Source: Gemmatimonadota bacterium (GTDB lineage Bacteria > Gemmatimonadota > Gemmatimonadetes > Longimicrobiales > Gaopeijiaceae). Taken from it: a stretch of DNA of 64,000 nucleotides. Below are positions 28,265 through 37,596 of the stretch, piece after piece. The first letter of the stretch is position 1; the number at the start of each line of letters is the position of its first letter. The stretch lies in assembly GCA_039589315.1 (NCBI GenBank), contig JBDHHQ010000012.1:32001-96000 (forward strand), given 5' to 3'. The translations under genes and the position numbers were made by a program. Below the pieces are notes generated by a model, which made no database searches, was not told the DNA's origin, and was given only the letters and a program-made list of their open reading frames with translations.

Positions 28265-30124
28265 ATGGGGAACGTGGAGTTCACAGCGGACTACGCCGTC
28301 CACAAGGCCGACCTACCCCGCGGCACGTTGACCCAGCTGTACCTGGACTCCGTCGACCGCTTCCGGACGGCGCCCGCTTTCCGGTGGTTCGAGGGCGAGC
28401 GGTTGCTCGAGATGACGCACGACGAGGCCTTCAGCCGTGTACGGGCTGCGGCAGGGGGGCTCGTCTCGTTGGGACTCGACAAGGGCGGGCGTGCAGCGAT
28501 CCTCTCGGAGAATCGGCCCGAGTGGGCCATCGCCGACTACGCGTGCCTTTGCACGGGGATCCAGGACATCCCCATCTACGCGTCTCTGACACCTCACCAG
28601 ATCGCCTACGTCCTTTCCGACTCGGGAGCCACGGTCGTCTTCGCCAGCTCCCGCGCGCAGTTGGAAAAGGTGGTCGAGGCCCGGGAGGATTGCGAGCAGG
28701 AGATCAAGGTCGTCGTCTTCGACGGGGTGGACGATCCCCCGCACGACGTGGTCTCGTGGGATGCCCTTCTCGAGCGGGGCAGGGCGTTGGGAAGCGAGGC
28801 CAACGAGGAGGCGTTCCGGGCAGGCGCACGGCAAGCCAAGCCCGACGACGTCGCCACCATCCTCTACACGTCGGGAACGACCGGCGACCCCAAAGGGGTC
28901 ATGCTGACCCACAACAATCTCTTCTCCAACGTCACGGCGTCCCTGCGCGTCCTGCGCGTCAGGCCCGACGACGTGACTTTGAGCTTCCTGCCCCTCTCCC
29001 ACGTGCTCCAGCGCATGGTGGATTACCTCATGACGTCGGCAGGGTGCGTGATCGCCTATCCCCGCTCCCTCGAGACCGTCGCGGACGACCTGAGGACCGT
29101 ACGCCCCACGGTGCAGGTGTCCGTGCCCCGGGTCTACGAGAAGGTCTACAACAAGGTGATGGAGGCCGAAGGGGTGAAGGGGCGTCTGGTGCAGTGGGCC
29201 CGGGAGGTGGGAGAGGCGTGGGTCGCCGAGACGCTGGCGGGTCGGGAGCCCAGCGGCGCGTTGAAGCTGGTGTACCGCATCGCCGACGGCCTCGTATTCA
29301 GGAAGATCCGCGCCGCAGTGGGTGGCCGCGTGCGCTGGTTCGTCAGCGGCGGCGGCCCTCTTTCGCCTGACATCAACCGGTTCTTCTACTCTGCCGGCCT
29401 CACGATCCTCGAGGGCTATGGACTCACGGAGACCAGTCCGGTCACCAACGTGAACACCGAGGAGAACTTCAGCATCGGCACGGTGGGGGTGCCCGTCCCG
29501 GGCACGGAGATCCAGATCGCTCAGGACGGCGAGATCCTCGTTCGGGGACCCCAGGTCATGAAGGGCTATCTGGGCAAGCCCGAGGCCACGGCTGCCGCCA
29601 TCGATCAGGACGGTTGGTTCCACACCGGGGACATCGGCGTGTTGGAGGAGGGCTTTCTCCGGATCACCGACCGGAAGAAGGACATCCTGGTCACGGCCGG
29701 TGGCAAGAACGTGGCGCCACAACCCATCGAGAATCTCCTCAAGAAGAACGTGTTCATCGATCAAGCGGTGATGGTGGGCGACGGACGACGATTCGTGAGT
29801 CTGCTCGTGGTGCCGGCTTTTGCCAATCTCTCGAGTTGGGCCCAGGCCCGTGGGATCGCGGAGACGGATGCCGAGGCGTTGTGCACCCACCCTGAGGTCC
29901 AGCATATGATGAAGGACGTGATCTTCGGCGAGCTCCACGACCTGGCCCGATACGAACAGCCGAAGAAGGTGGCCTTGATCGCCTCGGAGTTCACGATCGA
30001 AGACGGCTCGCTTACGCCGACGCAGAAGGTGAAGCGCCGAGTGGTGGAAGCGCGGTACGCAGAGCTGATCGAGGCATTCTACGCCGAAGAGAACGAGGAT
30101 CGCACCATGTTCGGCGTTTCGTGA
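28265..30124 (+). CDS. Long-chain fatty acid--CoA ligase
   Basis: YTSGTTGDPKG, EGYGLTETSP, WFHTGDIG, DRKKD, LTPTQKVKR. Confidence 0.95.
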   Translation: MGNVEFTADYAVHKADLPRGTLTQLYLDSVDRFRTAPAFRWFEGERLLEMTHDEAFSRVRAAAGGLVSLGLDKGGRAAILSENRPEWAIADYACLCTGIQDIPIYASLTPHQIAYVLSDSGATVVFASSRAQLEKVVEAREDCEQEIKVVVFDGVDDPPHDVVSWDALLERGRALGSEANEEAFRAGARQAKPDDVATILYTSGTTGDPKGVMLTHNNLFSNVTASLRVLRVRPDDVTLSFLPLSHVLQRMVDYLMTSAGCVIAYPRSLETVADDLRTVRPTVQVSVPRVYEKVYNKVMEAEGVKGRLVQWAREVGEAWVAETLAGREPSGALKLVYRIADGLVFRKIRAAVGGRVRWFVSGGGPLSPDINRFFYSAGLTILEGYGLTETSPVTNVNTEENFSIGTVGVPVPGTEIQIAQDGEILVRGPQVMKGYLGKPEATAAAIDQDGWFHTGDIGVLEEGFLRITDRKKDILVTAGGKNVAPQPIENLLKKNVFIDQAVMVGDGRRFVSLLVVPAFANLSSWAQARGIAETDAEALCTHPEVQHMMKDVIFGELHDLARYEQPKKVALIASEFTIEDGSLTPTQKVKRRVVEARYAELIEAFYAEENEDRTMFGVS

Positions 30125-30453
30125 CAACGGGAATCCGGGTCGTGTTGATGACCGCACCCGACGTCGAGACGGGGCAGACGATCGCCCGGACCCTGGTGGA
30201 CGAGCGGCTGGCTGCGTGCGGGAACGTGCTGCCCGGCGTGTCGTCCGTGTTCCGGTGGGAGGGGCGGACTCAGTTGGAGGCCGAAGCCCTGGTGATCCTC
30301 AAGACGGTGGACAGTGTGGCGGACGCCATGTTGAAGCGGGCGGCCCACCTCCACCCCTATGACGTTCCCGAGCTCCTGTGCCTGCCCGTGACCGAGGGTT
30401 GGGCGCCTTATCTGGACTGGGTTTCGAGTGAAGTGGGCGGTGAGGCGACATGA
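30121..30453 (+). CDS. cutA: Divalent-cation tolerance protein CutA
   Basis: LVDERLAACGN, SVFRWEG, HPYDVPEL, YLDWV. Confidence 0.95.
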   Translation: MTTGIRVVLMTAPDVETGQTIARTLVDERLAACGNVLPGVSSVFRWEGRTQLEAEALVILKTVDSVADAMLKRAAHLHPYDVPELLCLPVTEGWAPYLDWVSSEVGGEAT

Positions 30454-31319
30454 CGGTGAGACGTACCGGACGAGAGCAGGAGGCGCCCCCGCCGCCGGAC
30501 GAGCAGGTGGATCTCCTGGACGAGATCAGCGAGGCCGAGGACGCGGGCTCGCCGAGCGCTGCCACGACCGTTGAATCGGCGAACGACGTATCGGTGGATG
30601 GGGCTGCGGAGCCAGCCGAAGCAGATGCCACCGCCGCGCCTGCCGCAGAGGACACGCCCGTCCAAGAGGTGGCCGACCAGGCCGCGCCGGAACCGACGCG
30701 GGAGCCCGCCGAGGCTCTCCTGTCGCAGGCCAAGTCCATGGTCCGTGGCGGTCGCGTCCAGGAGGCACTGCGCATCTACGAGCGGGCCGTCCGGGAGGAC
30801 CCCAGCAACGTAAAGGCGCGTCACAATCTGGGGGTTCTCTACGACGAGTTGGGCTCCCACGAGATGGCCCTCGACCAGTTCGAGGCGGCCCGGGCCGAGG
30901 ACCCCGACAACCTCGAGCTCCTGACCAACATCGGCGAGACGCTCATCCACATGGGGCGCTTCGAGGACGCGGAGCGGGAGCTGAACCGGGTGGATCGGGC
31001 GGACCCGGAGAACGTCAAGGTCCGCACCAACCTGGGCATCCTCTGGTTCCGCCGCGGCAATTACAAGCAGGCCGACATCTTGCTGGGCTGGGTCTGCGAG
31101 CGTGACCCGCGCAACGGCCCCGCGCATTTCTACCGGGGCGAGGCCCTGAACCGGCTGGGGCGCGTCGACGACGCTCTCGCCGTTCTCCACACCGCCACCG
31201 AGCTGGATCCGCAGAACGCCAGGGCCTTCTACACGCTGGGCATCCTGCACGACAAGCTGCACCAGAACGAGCAGGCCCTGGAGATGTATCGAAAGGCCAG
31301 GAAGCTCGGTCGGCGATGA
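30450..31319 (+). CDS. TPR protein with acidic disordered N-terminus
   Basis: ~6 TPR repeats after an ~85-aa A/E/P-rich segment. Confidence 0.88.
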   Translation: MTVRRTGREQEAPPPPDEQVDLLDEISEAEDAGSPSAATTVESANDVSVDGAAEPAEADATAAPAAEDTPVQEVADQAAPEPTREPAEALLSQAKSMVRGGRVQEALRIYERAVREDPSNVKARHNLGVLYDELGSHEMALDQFEAARAEDPDNLELLTNIGETLIHMGRFEDAERELNRVDRADPENVKVRTNLGILWFRRGNYKQADILLGWVCERDPRNGPAHFYRGEALNRLGRVDDALAVLHTATELDPQNARAFYTLGILHDKLHQNEQALEMYRKARKLGRR

Positions 31320-31837
31320 TCCGGGTCGTCCTGGCCGATCCGGAGACCCTGCAAACCGAGGCCGTCCTCAGGCCCACGACGTCCGCGCTGGACGGGTCGT
31401 CGCTGACGAGCCGCCGGCTCGAATCGGCCGCTGGGCCCCGCTTGGTCGAACGACTTCAACAGACCGACGACCTTCCCTCCGGGGCCGCCGTCATCACTCC
31501 CGCCGGCGACCTCGACTGCTCCTTCCTCATCCATGCGGTGGTCCAAACGCCGGAAGAGCCGGTGAGCGAGGCGACCGTGCGCCGTGCGCTGATCAACGGA
31601 TTGCGTCGGGCCGAGGAGTGGGGCCTGGCGTCGCTGGTGCTCATCCCCTTCGGCATCGGTGCGGGTAATCTGGACGCAGAGGCATCGGCGCGGATCACCG
31701 CCGAGGTTCTTCAGGAACACCTGCCGACTGTCGATACCCTGGAGGAGATCGTCATCGCCGCGTCCTCAGAGTACGAGAGCCAAGCGTTCCGGACCCGCCT
31801 GGCACGGGCTTTCGGGGAAGGTGGCGTCACCGACTAG
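31316..31837 (+). CDS. Macro domain protein (degenerate motifs)
   Basis: GAAVITPAGDL...LIHAV, SLVLIPFGIGAG. Confidence 0.85.
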   Translation: MIRVVLADPETLQTEAVLRPTTSALDGSSLTSRRLESAAGPRLVERLQQTDDLPSGAAVITPAGDLDCSFLIHAVVQTPEEPVSEATVRRALINGLRRAEEWGLASLVLIPFGIGAGNLDAEASARITAEVLQEHLPTVDTLEEIVIAASSEYESQAFRTRLARAFGEGGVTD

Positions 31838-31891
31838 ACTCCCGCCTGGGCGTAGGGCTGCGCGACCCGGCAGAGGCTCTCGAGCGACACA

Positions 31892-33457
31892 ATGAACGTA
31901 TCCAGGCGCCTCCTCGCGGGGGCAGTCCTGTTATTCTGGCTGGCAACCGTGGGATGGCAGGTGAGACGGGAGTACTTCCGTCCGGACCTGGCGCGCCTCG
32001 CGGAGGCCGCTGCCATGTCACTCTCTCCCGAGGTGCACTTCTACTCCCTGTCCATGGGAGACAGGTCCGTGGGCCTGGCCACGTCCAGACTGGATACCGT
32101 ACCCGGCGGCTTCGTGCTGGAGGACGTGCTCTCCCTCGAGCTGCCGGCCCTCGGTCAAACGGGTACCGCGGTCGCTCGGACTCGAGTACGACTCGACGCC
32201 TCGCTCGTCTTGCAGGAGTTCGCCTTCTCGCTCGATTCAGAGGTGGGCCAGTTCACGGCCGACGGCCAGGTCGTGGGGGACTCGCTCCTGCAGGTCCGCG
32301 TGGACGCCGGAGGCTCGCCGCAGGAGCTGTCGTACCGGCTGGCCGAAGCGCCGGTGTTGGCTGCGATTCTCCCAGTCCGGCTCGCAATGTCGGGAAAGCT
32401 GTCCGTGGGCGAGCGAGTGCGGCTGCCGGTCTTCGATCCCTCGACGCTCTCGACCCGGACCGTCGACGTCCGGGTTCTGGAGCACGACACCATCGCCGTG
32501 CCGGACAGCGTCCATCTGGATCCGGCCGGGCGTTGGCACGCCGCCACGTGGGACACCGTTCCGGCATGGCGTGTCGCCGAGGCCTACGGAGGCGTGCGGG
32601 TGGAGAGCTGGATCGACGACGACGGTCGCATCCTCCGTGCGTCCAGCCCGCTGGGGTTCACGATGGAGCGGACCCAGTACGAGCTGGCACGTCAGGCCCG
32701 GGACGACTCCAAGGGTCAGGGCTCAGCGGTGGACGGCGACGTGATCCTGGCCACCGCCATCCAGAGCGAGGTGGACCTGGGAAGCGTGGAATCACACGAC
32801 TCATTGTCCTTCGTTCTCGGTGGTGTGGATCTCTCGGGCTTCGATCTGGCAGGGGGGCGCCAGCGTCTCGTGGGAGACACGCTTCACGTGCGCCGCGAAT
32901 CCTGGGCGGAGCTGGACCCGGGCTACAGCCTGCCCTACAAACGGATGGACCTCCGCGAGGCGCTGCAACCGGAACCGCTGATCCAGAGCGACGATCCCCG
33001 GATCACGCGACGGGCCCGCCGCATCGCCGGACGAATGAAGGACCCGGTGGCGGTGGCACGACTCCTGGCCCGCTCGGTGCACGACATGCTGGAGAAGAAC
33101 GTCACCTTCTCCGTTCCCAGCGCCGTCCAGGTCCTGGAGTCGGGGCAGGGGGACTGCAACGAGCACACCGTGCTCTACGTGGCATTGGCGAGGGCGCTGG
33201 GGCTGCCAGCCCGGACCGCCGTGGGCCTCGTCCACGTGAACGGCGCCTTCTTCTATCACGCGTGGCCAGAGGTCTGGCTCGGCGATTGGGTCGCCGTGGA
33301 CCCCACCTTCGGGCAGCACCCCGCCGACGCCGCCCACCTGCGCTTCGTGGTGGGGGGCCTCGCCCAGCAGGTCGAGATCGTCCGGCTCATCGGCCGACTA
33401 CAGATCGACGTGATGGAGCCCGGCGAACGACAGCTCCCGGAGGACCCACTGGCATGA
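31892..33457 (+). CDS. Membrane-anchored transglutaminase-like protein
   Basis: N-terminal TM; triad GDCNEH / YHAWPEV / VAVDPT. Confidence 0.9.
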   Translation: MNVSRRLLAGAVLLFWLATVGWQVRREYFRPDLARLAEAAAMSLSPEVHFYSLSMGDRSVGLATSRLDTVPGGFVLEDVLSLELPALGQTGTAVARTRVRLDASLVLQEFAFSLDSEVGQFTADGQVVGDSLLQVRVDAGGSPQELSYRLAEAPVLAAILPVRLAMSGKLSVGERVRLPVFDPSTLSTRTVDVRVLEHDTIAVPDSVHLDPAGRWHAATWDTVPAWRVAEAYGGVRVESWIDDDGRILRASSPLGFTMERTQYELARQARDDSKGQGSAVDGDVILATAIQSEVDLGSVESHDSLSFVLGGVDLSGFDLAGGRQRLVGDTLHVRRESWAELDPGYSLPYKRMDLREALQPEPLIQSDDPRITRRARRIAGRMKDPVAVARLLARSVHDMLEKNVTFSVPSAVQVLESGQGDCNEHTVLYVALARALGLPARTAVGLVHVNGAFFYHAWPEVWLGDWVAVDPTFGQHPADAAHLRFVVGGLAQQVEIVRLIGRLQIDVMEPGERQLPEDPLA

Positions 33458-34314
33458 GCGAAACGACGTCGGCGACGACGCGGCCCGGGCTGGAAAGACC
33501 GGCCCCGGCGCAGTCTGGAGAGGCGGCCCGTGCGGAAGCGCCGGAGATCCTCCGCATCGAGGAGCTGGTCAAGAGATACGGCCGCTTCACGGCCGTGGCG
33601 GGGCTCGATCTCACGGTACAACGGGGACAGATCTTCGGGTTCCTGGGGCCCAACGGGGCCGGAAAGACCACCACCATTCGCATGGTGGCCGGGATCCTGC
33701 AGCCAACGGCCGGCCGGATCGCCATCGCCGGGTACGACCTGGCGAGCGATCCCTTGGCGGCGAAGGCCCGGATCGGATACATCCCCGACAGACCCTACCT
33801 GTACGACAAGCTGTCGGGGGGGGAGTTCCTGCGGTTCGTGGCGGGGCTCTGGGGCAAGAACGGCAGTGACACCGAAGCGCGGGCCGACCGCCTCCTGGAG
33901 CTCTTCCAACTCACGCCGTGGAAGGACGAGCTGATCGAGAGCTACTCCCACGGCATGCGCCAGAAGCTGCTGATCTCTTCCGCGCTGGTTCACCAACCGG
34001 ACCTGATCGTCGTTGACGAGCCCATGGTCGGCCTCGACCCGCGGTCGGCGCGGCTCCTGAAGGACCTGCTCCGCGAATTCACCGGCCGGGGGGGAGCCGT
34101 GCTGCTCTCGACGCACACGCTCGAGGTCGCCGAGGCGCTGTGCGACGAGATCGCCATCGTACAGACGGGGTGCATCATTGCTCGGGGCACCATGGACGAG
34201 CTCCGCAGCCAGGCCGACGCCGGTGAGGCCCACCTCGAGGAGATCTTCCTCAAGGTCACGGGCGGTGAAGACATGGCCGATGTCGTGGCCGGTCTGAGAG
34301 ACGCCTTGTCATGA
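33454..34314 (+). CDS. ABC transporter ATP-binding protein (ABC-2 exporter type)
   Basis: GPNGAGKTT, YSHGMRQK, VDEPMVGLDP; ATG overlaps the upstream stop. Confidence 0.95.
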   Translation: MSETTSATTRPGLERPAPAQSGEAARAEAPEILRIEELVKRYGRFTAVAGLDLTVQRGQIFGFLGPNGAGKTTTIRMVAGILQPTAGRIAIAGYDLASDPLAAKARIGYIPDRPYLYDKLSGGEFLRFVAGLWGKNGSDTEARADRLLELFQLTPWKDELIESYSHGMRQKLLISSALVHQPDLIVVDEPMVGLDPRSARLLKDLLREFTGRGGAVLLSTHTLEVAEALCDEIAIVQTGCIIARGTMDELRSQADAGEAHLEEIFLKVTGGEDMADVVAGLRDALS

Positions 34315-36023
34315 GGGCGGCAGCAACGGCACCGGGCGTCTTCCGCCTGCTTGTCCCGAAGGTCCGAGTCAAGATCAATCGGGCCCGGAGCGAGGAGGGG
34401 CAAGGCGTCAAGGTGGTGGTTCTCGGGATCGCGGCCGCCGTGTTCTGGACGGTTCTGTTCGCCGTCATCCACCGCATGCTCCTCTATTTCCGCGGGACGC
34501 AGGGGATCGGGGACCTCCTGGCCGGCAAGCTCCTGGGCATGGCACTCCTGACGTTCGTCATGATCCTGCTCCTGTCGAACGTGATCACCGCGCTCTCCAC
34601 GTTCTTCCTATCCGACGACCTGGAGCTGCTCGCCGCAGCGCCCCTGGATCCCGTTCGGTTCTACGGAGCGCGCCTGGTCGAGACCGTCATGGACTCGTCG
34701 TGGATGGTGGCGCTCCTGGCAGTCCCGCTGCTGGCCGCGTATGGCATGGTCTACGGCGGGGGGGTGGGATACGCGCTGCTGGCCCTGGTCGTGCTGGTAC
34801 CCTTCCTGCTCATCCCCGCCGTGCTGGGCTCGGCCGTTACGTTGTTGCTCGTCAACGTGTTTCCGGCCCGCCGCACCAGGGACCTGCTCGCTCTGGTGGG
34901 ACTCTTCGCGGCCGCGGGAGTGGTGGCGCTCCTCCGCATGGTGCGCCCCGAGCGACTGGTTCGGCCCGAGGAGTTCCGCTCCCTCGTCGATTTCATGGCG
35001 GTGCTTCGAACCCCGACCTCGCCCTGGCTGCCGTCGGAATGGGCTGCCGACACCCTGATGACGTGGCTCAGCGGCTCCTTCGACGCCTTCCCCCTGCTGC
35101 TGCTGATCAGCACGGCGGGGGCGTGCGTCGTCATGGGCGCCGCGCTGCACGGGCGCTTCTACCCGGCGGGCTTCACGCGGGCCCAGGAGGGGGCGGAACG
35201 TCGCGAAGGCCGTAAGCGCTCGGTGCTGGTCGAGCGGCTCATGGGGTGGTCCTCGCCCAGGGTCCGCCAGCTGGTCAGCAAGGAGGTGCGGGTCTTCTTC
35301 CGGGATACGACCCAGTGGTCCCAGCTCGTCCTGCTGGCCGTGCTGGTCGTGGTCTACGTCTACAACATCAAGGTCTTGCCCCTCTACACCGGCGAGACGA
35401 TCTCCTTCTTCCTGATCAACCTCGTCTCCTTCCTCAACATGGGGCTCGCTGGCTTCGTCGTGGCCGCCATCGCCGCCCGCTTCGTGTTCCCCGCCATGTC
35501 GCTGGAAGGCCGCATGACTTGGTTGCTCCAGTCGTCGCCGCTGCGCGCACGCACGCTCTTCTGGGCCAAGTACGCTGTCGGGACGGTGCCCCTGCTGCTG
35601 GTGGCCGTCCCGCTCATCCTGGTGACCAACATCATCCTGCAGGTGTCGCCGTTCATCCTCGCGCTGACGACGGTGACCATGATCGGGGCCACGGCGGCCC
35701 TTTCCGCCATGGCGCTTTCATTCGGGGCTCTGTTCCCGAACTTCGACACCGAGAACGTGGCGGAGATACCCACCTCGTTCGGGGGGCTGTTGTTCATGAT
35801 GTCGGCGGTCGTGTACCTGGGCGCCGTCGTCGCCCTGGAGGCCTGGCCGGTCTACCGGTTCATGGCCGCGCGCCTCGCCGGGGCGGTGGGTGGCCAGAGT
35901 CCCCTGCCAATGGTCACTGGCCTCGGGAGCGCGGCAGCGATCACCGTAGCCGTCGTCTGGGCATCACTGCGTGTGGGCGTGCGGCGGGTCGGTAGCATGG
36001 GGGGCGCCGGGTCCTCCTCTTGA
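34311..36023 (+). CDS. Putative ABC exporter permease (~12 TM)
   Basis: FFLSDDLELL, WLPSEW, KEVRVFFRD, SLEGR motifs; coupled to the ATPase. Confidence 0.88.
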   Translation: MRAAATAPGVFRLLVPKVRVKINRARSEEGQGVKVVVLGIAAAVFWTVLFAVIHRMLLYFRGTQGIGDLLAGKLLGMALLTFVMILLLSNVITALSTFFLSDDLELLAAAPLDPVRFYGARLVETVMDSSWMVALLAVPLLAAYGMVYGGGVGYALLALVVLVPFLLIPAVLGSAVTLLLVNVFPARRTRDLLALVGLFAAAGVVALLRMVRPERLVRPEEFRSLVDFMAVLRTPTSPWLPSEWAADTLMTWLSGSFDAFPLLLLISTAGACVVMGAALHGRFYPAGFTRAQEGAERREGRKRSVLVERLMGWSSPRVRQLVSKEVRVFFRDTTQWSQLVLLAVLVVVYVYNIKVLPLYTGETISFFLINLVSFLNMGLAGFVVAAIAARFVFPAMSLEGRMTWLLQSSPLRARTLFWAKYAVGTVPLLLVAVPLILVTNIILQVSPFILALTTVTMIGATAALSAMALSFGALFPNFDTENVAEIPTSFGGLLFMMSAVVYLGAVVALEAWPVYRFMAARLAGAVGGQSPLPMVTGLGSAAAITVAVVWASLRVGVRRVGSMGGAGSSS

Positions 36024-36174
36024 TCCGGCAGGTGCCCGTGCCTCTCCGAGGCCCGGGCACGCAGCGGTCCTCTCGACGAAGAGACCGAAGTCCGCCAGCT
36101 TGCCGCTTCCCGCCGGCAAGGCCTATTCTGCGGGCTGATCACCCACCATCCGGATCCCGTGCGGGGACCTGCGC

Positions 36175-36333
36175 ATGCAGCTTCACACCCGTTTCCTCTT
36201 CGTCCCGATCGCCGGCGCGATGGCAGGCGCCATGGCAAGCGTCGTCGCCCCCGTCACAGCATTGGAGAACCCGCTCGGCGCGCGGGAGTCGAAGCTCGCC
36301 CCGCTCCTCCTCCCCGACCCCAGCCCCGCATGA
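36175..36333 (+). CDS. Small ORF (52 aa), possible gene remnant
   Basis: MQLHTRFLFVPIAGAMAGAMASVVAP...; its stop overlaps the TerB start (ATGA). Confidence 0.3.
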   Translation: MQLHTRFLFVPIAGAMAGAMASVVAPVTALENPLGARESKLAPLLLPDPSPA

Positions 36334-36821
36334 CCGTGCTCGACGCGATCCGCAGGTTCTTCGAGGAGTCCATGGGCGGCGCCCGCCCGGATGATCCCGA
36401 GCAGCCGGCCGAGGAGCGGGACCTCAAGCTCGCCGCCTGCGCGCTGCTTCTGGAGATCGCGCACGCGGACGACGAGTTCACCGACGATGAGCGGGACCAC
36501 CTGGAACAGGCCATGCGCCGGGGATTCGGGATCGGCCAGATCGAAGCGGAGCAGCTCATCGCTTTGGCCGAGGAGGAGAGGCGACAGGCCGTGGACCTCT
36601 GGCAGTTCACGAACCTGATCTCCCAGAACTACACGCTGGGCCAGAAGATGGTGCTCGCCGAGATGATGTGGGGCGTGGTCTACGCGGATGGGATGCTGGA
36701 CTCGCACGAGGCCTACCTGATGCGCAAGATCACCCACCTCCTGGGCCTCAAGCCCGGATTCCTGGCCGAGGCGAAGAAGCGCGTCGCCGATCCGCCCGAG
36801 CCCATCGATCCGGTGGATTGA
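36330..36821 (+). CDS. TerB-family protein
   Basis: ACALLLEIAHADDEFTDDE...VDLWQFT...WGVVYADG. Confidence 0.9.
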   Translation: MTVLDAIRRFFEESMGGARPDDPEQPAEERDLKLAACALLLEIAHADDEFTDDERDHLEQAMRRGFGIGQIEAEQLIALAEEERRQAVDLWQFTNLISQNYTLGQKMVLAEMMWGVVYADGMLDSHEAYLMRKITHLLGLKPGFLAEAKKRVADPPEPIDPVD

Positions 36822-36950
36822 GGGACCCATCCCGCTGGTGGTGCGCGCCTCGCGCCACGCCGCTCGACCGACGCGCTGCCGCGCATTGACGGACGCGCCC
36901 CCTTCCACCAGTTTAGCGCCGGCCGAAAGACGACCTCCTGAGGACGACGC

Positions 36951-37097
36951 ATGAATCTGCTTCCCGGCGGGTACAACTTCATCCATCTGGTGTTCTGGAC
37001 GGTGATCGCGATGGTCGTGGTGGGCACGAACGCCGTCCCGATCATCCTGACCATCGGCGCGGTCTTGATGTTGCTGGAGTCACTGGGCAAAGCCTGA
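36951..37097 (+). CDS. Small hydrophobic membrane protein (48 aa)
   Basis: GAGGA SD; MNLLPGGYNFIHLVFWTVIAMVVVGTNAVPIILTIGAVLMLLESLGKA; GC3-rich codons. Confidence 0.6.
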   Translation: MNLLPGGYNFIHLVFWTVIAMVVVGTNAVPIILTIGAVLMLLESLGKA

Positions 37098-37275
37098 TTC
37101 CACCGACGCTGGCGGTTCGAAGGGCGGTCCACCGGGGAACACGGGGGCCGCCCTCGTTTTATTCCACCATGGAAGCTCGCTGTGCTGCTCCAGCCGACGA
37201 CCGCCGAGTGCCTCGGCGGGCCGAGACGAGTCAGTGGAGGGCGGAGCGAAGCAGCGGCTCGGAGGATACCTACCC

Positions 37276-37557
37276 GTGCTCTTGAAGATACTGGGCGGTC
37301 TTCTCGCCCTCGCGGTTGGGCTGTGGCTGGGCAAGCCCGGCCGTTACGAACGACCTCAGGCCGAGGTGGACCAGGCCCTGGGCCGCAGTGGACCACGTCA
37401 CTATACGAAGCGCTCTTTCACTCCGCTGGACTTGCTGCGGAAGAAGACCCGGGCCTCCAACCGAGCCGGGACCTTCCAGCTCGAGGATCCGGACGCGCCT
37501 CCCGCGGATCTGGACGAGCCCCGGGTGTCCCTGTCCCGCGCTCGCCGGCAGCGTTGA
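37276..37557 (+). CDS. Small membrane-anchored hypothetical protein
   Basis: GGAGG SD, GTG start, N-terminal TM LLKILGGLLALAVGLWLG. Confidence 0.6.
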   Translation: MLLKILGGLLALAVGLWLGKPGRYERPQAEVDQALGRSGPRHYTKRSFTPLDLLRKKTRASNRAGTFQLEDPDAPPADLDEPRVSLSRARRQR

Positions 37558-37596
37558 GGGGTCGTCCCGGTCGCTACCGGACCCTGCCGGACCGCG

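Noticed and set aside
28313..30157. Long antisense or alternate-frame ORFs (e.g. 28313-30157, 8998-10578, 14765-16498, 44203-45744, 86-1066)
   Set aside because: Shadow ORFs of real genes in high-GC DNA; no recognisable motifs.
30450..36821. TPR + macro + TerB as an anti-phage defence system
   Set aside because: No nuclease, NTPase, SIR2/TIR or ADP-ribosyltransferase partner, no mobility genes, and host-like composition.
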